A stretch of 63,349 nt of DNA, filler included, from Thraustochytrium aureum (taxonomy: Eukaryota): the NCBI GenBank assembly GCA_012862495.1. It is 7 parts of 3 records of this genome, joined end to end, with 100 filler letters (N's around TTAATTAATTAA, not from the genome) between each part and the next. Parts side by side here need not be neighbours in the genome. Positions count along the whole stretch, not along the records: positions 48,064 to 61,925 come from BLSG01000255.1; positions 62,026 to 63,349 come from BLSG01000270.1; 5 more parts are not named here. The stretch is one strand, 5' to 3'. Made by a program: the position numbers and the translations under genes. The notes beneath the pieces are model-generated. The model ran no database searches, was not told where the DNA came from, and worked only from the letters and a program-made list of their open reading frames with translations. Below are positions 56,936 through 63,349 of this stretch, piece after piece; positions within the stretch are counted from its first letter, which is position 1; the number at the start of each line of letters is the position of its first letter.

Positions 56936-58168
56936 TCAGAACGCCGGGTTCATGAGCTGGCGGCACATGGGCTTCTGGCAGGTCATGCACTTCATCTTGT
57001 ACTGGGGCGAGTGGTTTTGCCTCTTGTCCAGGTGGTCGCAGACCAGGTCGGCGAGGGCCTTGATGAACGTTGGCGACCCGTTGAGGCCCTCAGTGTAGCG
57101 AAACTCGCTGATGCCCGCCTTGGCGGCGTCCTCGGCGTACTCCATGCCAATTTCGAAGAGCGTCTCGATGTGGTCGGAGGTGAACGCGACGGGGACGACA
57201 AGAACGTACTTGTGGCCCTTTTTGCCGAGGTTTTCAAGCACCGAGGCGGTGTCAGGCACCATCCAGGGCATGAATCCCACCTTTGACTGCCAGGCGAGCA
57301 CATACTTGTTGGGCTGCTTGAGCCCCGGAATTGCGCCCTTGGCAACAAGGTCGTGCTCCAGCGACTCCATGATGCCGCGCACGCTGGCTGCCACCTCGTT
57401 GGTGTAGTGGTCACCCTTGGCCACCACTTTCATGGGGACCGAGTGGGCGCTGAAGACGATCACTACTTTGGAGCGCACGCGCTCGTCAAACTCCAGGAGG
57501 CGTTCTTTGATGCGCTCGTTGATGGCGGCCATCCAGCCCTTGTTGAGGGGCCATCGGTCAATGGCGCTCCACTTGAACGCATCCTGGAGGCCGAGTCGGC
57601 GGACCTCGCGCCAGAGCTCGTTCATGCTTGACCCTGCCGTGGTGCACGACCACTGTGGAAACTGGGAAAACGCGATGGCGTGCTCCACGCCGTCTCTTTT
57701 CATCTCGGTCAACGCCTCGTCGGTGAGCGGAGCGGCGTAGCGGAACGCCGTGTAGGCCTTGTGGGGGGCGCTCTCGGGGCGCGCCTTGTCGAGAATCTTG
57801 CACATTTCGACGCCCTGGTACTCGGTCCACTTGCGGATGGGCGAGCCGCCGATCTCAGCGTACTGGGCCTGGATCTTTGGCGTGCGGCGCGAGGCCACAA
57901 AGTCGCCTAGCATGTTTTGCATGCGGCCGCCGCCCAGGTCGATAATGTCGACGTCTGTGAATAGCCGCTTGAGGAACGGGCCGGTCTCCTCTGGCGTGCT
58001 CGGGCCGCCCATGTTGAGCATGACGACGCCGGTTTTCACCTTGCCCTTTGACTCTAGATCGCTCGCTACGGCTGCCTGCGTGCTCGCGTACCGCGCTGCA
58101 GCGCTGGCTGCCGCTGGCCTCGTTAGCGTGAGCGCGAGGCTCTGCCTCCGCGTCAGATTGCCCAACAT
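56936..58168 (-). CDS. FECH: Ferrochelatase, mitochondrial type, with a C-terminal Cys motif
   Basis: Transit-peptide-like N-terminus; KTGVVMLNMGGP, QYAEIGGSPI, AFRYAAPLT, FPQWSCTTAGSS, FSAHSVP, WQSKVG..W, VPVAFTSDHIETLFEI; tail CMTCQKPMC. Confidence 0.97.
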   Translation of the reverse strand: MLGNLTRRQSLALTLTRPAAASAAARYASTQAAVASDLESKGKVKTGVVMLNMGGPSTPEETGPFLKRLFTDVDIIDLGGGRMQNMLGDFVASRRTPKIQAQYAEIGGSPIRKWTEYQGVEMCKILDKARPESAPHKAYTAFRYAAPLTDEALTEMKRDGVEHAIAFSQFPQWSCTTAGSSMNELWREVRRLGLQDAFKWSAIDRWPLNKGWMAAINERIKERLLEFDERVRSKVVIVFSAHSVPMKVVAKGDHYTNEVAASVRGIMESLEHDLVAKGAIPGLKQPNKYVLAWQSKVGFMPWMVPDTASVLENLGKKGHKYVLVVPVAFTSDHIETLFEIGMEYAEDAAKAGISEFRYTEGLNGSPTFIKALADLVCDHLDKRQNHSPQYKMKCMTCQKPMCRQLMNPAF

Positions 58169-58538
58169 GCTGCCTCGCGGCCACAACGCTGGCAGCCGAC
58201 GACAGAGCAACCAACGAGCACAAGACACACGACCTCGACGTGCTACGTTGCGACCCGCGCGCGGCAGTATTTGAGTTCAGGACCCGCTGCCGTGCTCTGC
58301 TGCAGGAGGGTACTCTCACCCTTCGCTTAGTACTCTATACCTTACCGACGCGCGTATGGTGGCTGCCTGTCCACACCAACAACACACATCTCGTCACAGG
58401 GGGTTCCATTGTCACGTGCGATCAACGCCAGCTCAAGATGCAGCACGTGGACGGGACGTTTTGCGCGGCTGCGACGAAAGCAGAGCAGAGCAGAGCAGAT
58501 TGGCTGCAACCTGAACTGGAAAACTTACAGTAGAGTAG

Positions 58539-58779
58539 CAAACCAGCACAGCAACCAAAACACAGCAACCAAACCAACACAGCAAAACCAAACCAACGCA
58601 GCAACTAAAACACAGCAACCAAACTAGCACAGCAACCAAACCAACACAGCAACCAAACCAACACAGCAACAAAACCAGCACAGCAACAAAACCAGCACAG
58701 CAACCAAACTAGCACAGCAACCAAACCAACGCAGCAATCAAACCAGCACACCAACCAAACCAACACAGCAACAAAACCA
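58539..58779 (+). repeat. A/C-rich minisatellite, ~17-bp unit AAACCARCACAGCAACC, about 14 imperfect copies
   Basis: Head-to-tail units without spacers; strong strand asymmetry (almost no T). Confidence 0.92.
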
Positions 58780-58985
58780 CATCGAGTTGTTCTCAAAAGT
58801 AGATCAGAATTCAGATACAATTGTATTTCACAGGCGGGTTGAAGGCGCCTCGGCGTTTCTTATCTCAATGGTCAGATCGGCCGCACGCTAAGGCGACCGA
58901 GCAAGTTGAGGGCGCCTCGCCGCTCCCCTTGTCTATGAAGGAGACGCGGCGGCGGGCACGCCCAGGGCGATTGTAGGCCTCAAAT

Positions 58986-60321
58986 TCAAACGGCTAAAGA
59001 AACCGCGACTTGGACGTCGTCGGCGGCGGGGACCGGGTTGCTGTCCTCGACGACAATCGCCTCGGCGAGCTTGGGGGCACTGGTGTCCGCCTCCGGGTCG
59101 TGCTCGACGTCGGGCTTGGCGGCGGTTGCTCGAGATTTGCGCATCACAGCAAAGACAGCGACGCCAACAACAGCGAGTGCGCCAGCTGATGCGCCGATGA
59201 TGGCGCCGACGGGCGCGCCGTNNNNNNNNNNNNNNNNNNNNNNNNNNNNNNNNNNNNNNNNNNNNNNNNNNGCGCTCCTCCTCGAGGTAGTCATCGTCTT
59301 CACCTGGCGCTGACCGCTCTACAGCCTTGTTCCGCTTGCACGGGCGCGAATTTGTCTCGTGCCACTCACAGCTCCGGTCGGCTTCGCACAGATCGCGGCG
59401 GTTGTCGTAGGCCTTACAGCGGCGGATGGTTGGAGACAAGGTCGGCACAGGAACAGGCAGATTGACGCTTCCTGACTTGTCGTTGTGAGCCTGACCAGGC
59501 TGCAAAAGATTCCCGCCGACCTTGCGCAAAATCCAATTGTGGAAAAAGCTAACCCGAGAATAGACGCCGTAGTTTCTGGGGAGAGCGCAACTGCGGCCCC
59601 ACGAGACGATGCCCACCTGCACAAATTCACCAGTGGCCGGGTCACGTGAAACGAGCGGACCACCGCTATCGCCAGAGCACGAGTCCTGGCCGCCCTTTGC
59701 GAAGCCGGCGCACAGGTTGTAGTCGTAGAAAGCAGTTCCGTAAGCCTCCTTGCATTCACTCGCTGAGACGAGCGGGAGGTCGACTTGGCGAAGATTGTTC
59801 TCCATCTTGCCCGAGCCAGCCCGCGTGAAGCCCCAGCCGAGGGCGCGGACCTTGAGCTCGCTTTCGGTATTGGAGGGCCGCTCGAGCTCGTTGCCACGGT
59901 CTGCGTTGATGGAGATGGGCCGAATCGAGTTGGGCAGCGCGTTCTCGAAGTAAATGAGCGCCACGTCCAAGATGACACCATAGTTGCCTTCGTAGTTCAA
60001 AACCGTGATTTGCTCATGGTCCCGGATCTCTGCCCCGTCCGTGTTCTTCAAGTTCGCCTTGCCTACCACGATACGGGACGGCTTGGCTCCGCGCTTGACG
60101 CAGTGGCCGGCCGTGAGGACGTAGTTTGGGTGAATTACGGTCCCACCACAAAACGTTACATACTCTGAGCCCTCGGCGCGCTGCAGTGCGACCATCCACG
60201 GGTACTTGTCGCTCTCAGCGGTCTGGCCGCCGACGATTCGCAGCTGGGGCGAGCCCACCTCTTGGGCGTCCGCCATCGCCACCAAAGCGGCGACAAGGGC
60301 CACGATAACTCGCTTGGCCAT
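58986..60321 (-). CDS. Trypsin-like serine protease (S1A) with signal peptide and C-terminal TM anchor (small gap)
   Basis: Signal peptide MAKRVIVALVAALVAMADA; activation site LR|IVGG; catalytic triad LTAGHC, LDVALI, QDSCSGDSGGPL; GIVSWG..YGVYSRV; TM GAIIGASAGALAVVGVAVFAVMRK. Confidence 0.93.
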
Positions 60322-62025
60322 CTTGCTGTATGATCTTGAGCGCGCGTGGTTGGCGCCAGTTCGGCTGCTTGCTTGTGGTGTCGGACCTGTCGGATGCCGT
60401 GCGTGTTGGTCGAGTTGACTTGGGTGTTTGCTTTCCGCCGGTTGCGCGCTGTCGTTGAAACGAACGATTCAGGGAGTGATGGACTGGCGAACGATCACAA
60501 TGATTGACGCTCTCTGCTGCCGTGCGAACACGAGCGTCTACCAGCCGATGAGACTCGGATCGGCTCGGCGTCTCCATCCTCCCACACGCGCAAGAGGAGT
60601 TGGGCTAGCATGCGAGGATGCGTTGAAATGCACTTGCCAAGCGCGTTGAAATGGATGGCGATGGGTCTGTCAGCTTGCTTTCTCGCGTGGCAATCGTAAC
60701 GCCCAGAGAGCTCGTAGAGAGCTCGTAGAGGGCTCGTAGAGAGAACGAGGGTCTCTGTCTCTCTGTCTCTCTCTCTCCTCACGTGCGCCGCGAGGTCCGA
60801 TTCAATTGGAGCGGCAAACGGAAGAAACAAATGCAAGAGTCCTGAACTCGCGATTCCAGCCGCACGAATAAGTGCGTTGCGTCGCGCGAGTGGGCTCCAG
60901 AGGTACAGGCCGGCAAGGGCGCCAAATCGAGTGGCGAGCAGCCGACTGTGGAAGGATGGGAAGAGGACAGCGCAGCCTTGCAGGCCGTTGCGCCTGCGCC
61001 GTTGTGTCGTGATGAGATGGGTGGCGCCCTGCTGTTGCGCGAGCCGAGCCGAGCTGCGCGCATGCGACGGTAGGTAGCGGCTGAATTAGCGATCGCGCCA
61101 CACGTGCCCTCGCAGGGAAGCGAGTGACGGGCAGCAGGCAGCAATAGAGCAAGCACGAAACGGGAAGAATAAATGCTGCCACAAGCCGCAACCAAGCCAC
61201 AACCAAGGGCCACAACTGCGCGAAGGCCTCGTCAGTCTGCCCGGAGGCCCGGAGAGCCGAGCCATGCAGTGCAAGACAGCACAGGGGGGGAGGGAGGTGT
61301 GAGCCTTGCGTGACGACAGGCACCCGCCGCAAGGAGTTCAGGCCAAAGGCTGCTGCCATCGGGTGCTGGGCTCGCGTCACGCGTGCCCTGCATGTCGACC
61401 ATGCAATTTCAGTGCCCCCTTGAGGCACGTTACTCGAACATTTCGTGTCACGCCGATGAAAGCTTTGTATAGAGAGCAGCAGCTCAGTTGCACCGGCAAC
61501 TGGACGACAACTGAACCGTTACGTCCCTGCTTCTTTTGTTCGTGGTCAGAGAGGGCGGTTTCGCACGCAAATTTCAGTGCCGGGAACAGAAGAGGCTGAA
61601 GTGAGTGGTTGGTTCTCTCTCTTCCTGAACACCACCAACCTGAAATGCGAGTCTGCCAACGGACGACGGTTTCATCGGGTTTGGGGGGCAAAGGGCCAGT
61701 GCAAATCCCTGCGCAGTGACACGAGGAAAAGGTGGGACAGGCAAGGGAGCGAGAGATCCGACCAGAATGTCGTCGGCCAGGAGCCGGCCCACCCGTCGCC
61801 TGTGTCAACGTGGAGCCCCGACGACAAAACGATTGCCGGTTTGTTCATCAGAATCATCTCAAGGGGCGACGAGCATTCGCTTGGACCTTGCTCGGACGCC
61901 AACCTAACCTAACAGCAACCTAGTANNNNNNNNNNNNNNNNNNNNNNNNNNNNNNNNNNNNNNNNNNNNTTAATTAATTAANNNNNNNNNNNNNNNNNNN
62001 NNNNNNNNNNNNNNNNNNNNNNNNN

Positions 62026-63349
62026 GACCCGCGGAACGCGCTGAGCGGGGTCCACGACTCGGACATCAAGAACGGTATCCGCATCGTCTCGCTGAACGTC
62101 GTTCGCAAGGCCGAGAGCGAGCTCATCCACCTCGTGGCCGTCACGCACCGCGGCGTCCGCATCTATGTGACAACCAAGGGCAACCGCGACGGCTCGACGC
62201 TCGCCGTCGAGCACCTCCGCGGGCCCCCGAGCCAGCCCGAGCTTCGCGCCGCAACAAGCGCCAAGGGGGGCGTAAACGCGCAGCTCGGCAGCACGAGCCG
62301 CCTCGCGCAGCGACGCGTCCACACGCCCGCGCGCCTTGGCGAGATCGAGAATGGGATCCAGCCTGGCGGGACCACCGAGCAGGTCGTCACCTCGAGCACC
62401 TACGCGAACGGCATCACGCTCCTGTCGTTCGCGGGCTCGAGTGACGGGTCCGCGCCAAGCGAGGACGGCGCCGACGCCCGCAGAGGCGGGATGGGCCTCT
62501 TGTGCGCCTTCAGCACCGACCTGAGCATGCGCGTCGAGCCGACGTCGTCCAGGCTCATGGCTGCGTTCCCCCCGCTCGCTTGGAAGCTAGAGGGCTTCCA
62601 CGAGGTGGTCGACCTCGACATTCTCGAGCAAGGCGCCTCCCTGCGCCGCTCTGTGCTCGAGGACGCGTCCCCCTCGCTGAGCGCGGCAGGGATTCGGGCC
62701 CTTCAGGGGCTTCCCGTTGGGCGGATCTGGGCCATGACCGAGGCCGCCTTCGATCCCACCATCAGCGACCAGGAAGAGCTCGTCTACTCGCACATGCTTT
62801 ACGCCCCCAGCCCGGTGCCGCGCACGCAGGCCGATGCGGCCGGCAAGAAGACCGGCCCGGCCGCATCGTTGTCGACCGCCGGCGGAAGCGGCGTCGGCAG
62901 CAAGCGACCGGCCTCTGAAATCTCGGGCTCGAACGCTTCGCAGTCGACGGCGTCCGCCGGCCAGCCGGCCGAAATCGCCCCGCTCACCGAGCTATCGCGC
63001 CAGCATGTCTTGCCCCGCCGGTACTTTTTAGTTCTCACATCGCACGGGCTCTGGGTGCTCGTGAAAAACCAGCCCATCAACCAGCTGCACGCCCTGCTGC
63101 AAGGCCCCGACCCGGGCTCCAACGCAGACATCGAAGAGTTTTTCAAGCAGTACGGCCTTGACGAGTCGTGCAGCATGTGCCTCGCCATCGCCTGCAAAGC
63201 GGGGTTTTCGGACGACGCTGGCCCGAGCGACGCCGCGCGCGCGAGCGCAGAGGACGCTGGAGTCGCCGGAGCCAGCTCTGGCCTGGGCGGCGAGCCCAGC
63301 GGGCCCTTCACCGACAACAGCGCAACGAACAAGGCGGTTCAGAGCCAGT
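62026..63349 (+). CDS. NUP155: Nucleoporin Nup155/Nup170 family, internal fragment (open at both ends, so absent from the ORF track)
   Basis: The frame from 62026 reads IRIVSLNVVRKAESELIHLVAVTHRGVRIY and later ELSRQHVLPRRYFLVLTSHGLWVLVKNQPINQLHALL..IEEFFKQYGLDESCSMCLAIAC. Confidence 0.85.

Noticed and set aside
58539..58779. Repeat array as a CRISPR locus
   Set aside because: Units are contiguous with no unique spacers, there are no cas genes, and the context is eukaryotic.
60400..61925. Cys-containing short ORFs and an 11-bp GCTCGTAGAGA triple repeat (~60709-60742)
   Set aside because: No consistent domain pattern; the repeat is a simple local duplication next to a (CT)n tract.
16087..62025. 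Six TTAATTAATTAA motifs, tempting as piggyBac TTAA target sites or a dispersed repeat
   Set aside because: Each is centred in an identical 100-bp N spacer and truncates genes, so it is an assembly linker. Gene neighbourhoods across linkers (e.g. centrin with Sfi1-like, receptor with RGS) are not evidence of clustering.

Overview
This is GC-rich, intron-poor eukaryotic (protist) DNA. The gene content suggests a heterotrophic stramenopile such as a labyrinthulomycete, but that is inference only. The window is not one locus: six artificial 100-bp spacers (44 N + TTAATTAATTAA + 44 N) join seven segments (1-16086, 16187-20393, 20494-29653, 29754-36767, 36868-47963, 48064-61925, 62026-63349). Many genes also carry single-base shifts in homopolymer runs that look like sequencing errors. 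Recognisable housekeeping genes are methylmalonate-semialdehyde dehydrogenase (partial), centrin, VPS35, OGFOD1/Tpa1, ABCF3/GCN20, a SYLF/Ysc84 protein, ADA2, an RGS protein, ferrochelatase, a membrane-anchored trypsin and Nup155 (partial). The most striking item is an intact 1143-aa ORF (2207-5638, minus strand): a piggyBac-type DDD transposase with a complete YqaJ/lambda-exonuclease-like PD-(D/E)XK domain inserted between its second and third catalytic Asp, plus an N-terminal zinc knuckle, a C-terminal piggyBac Cys-rich domain and clustered palindromes upstream. Other leads are a bacterial-looking P-loop ATPase with inserted TM helices, a HET/TIR-like + TPR protein, a giant surface protein with an apparently circularly permuted F-type-lectin fold and a toxin-like helical region, a membrane-anchored tandem CaiB/BaiF CoA-transferase, and a SAP protein with a duplicated unknown domain. 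All family calls come from motif recognition by eye; no searches were run.
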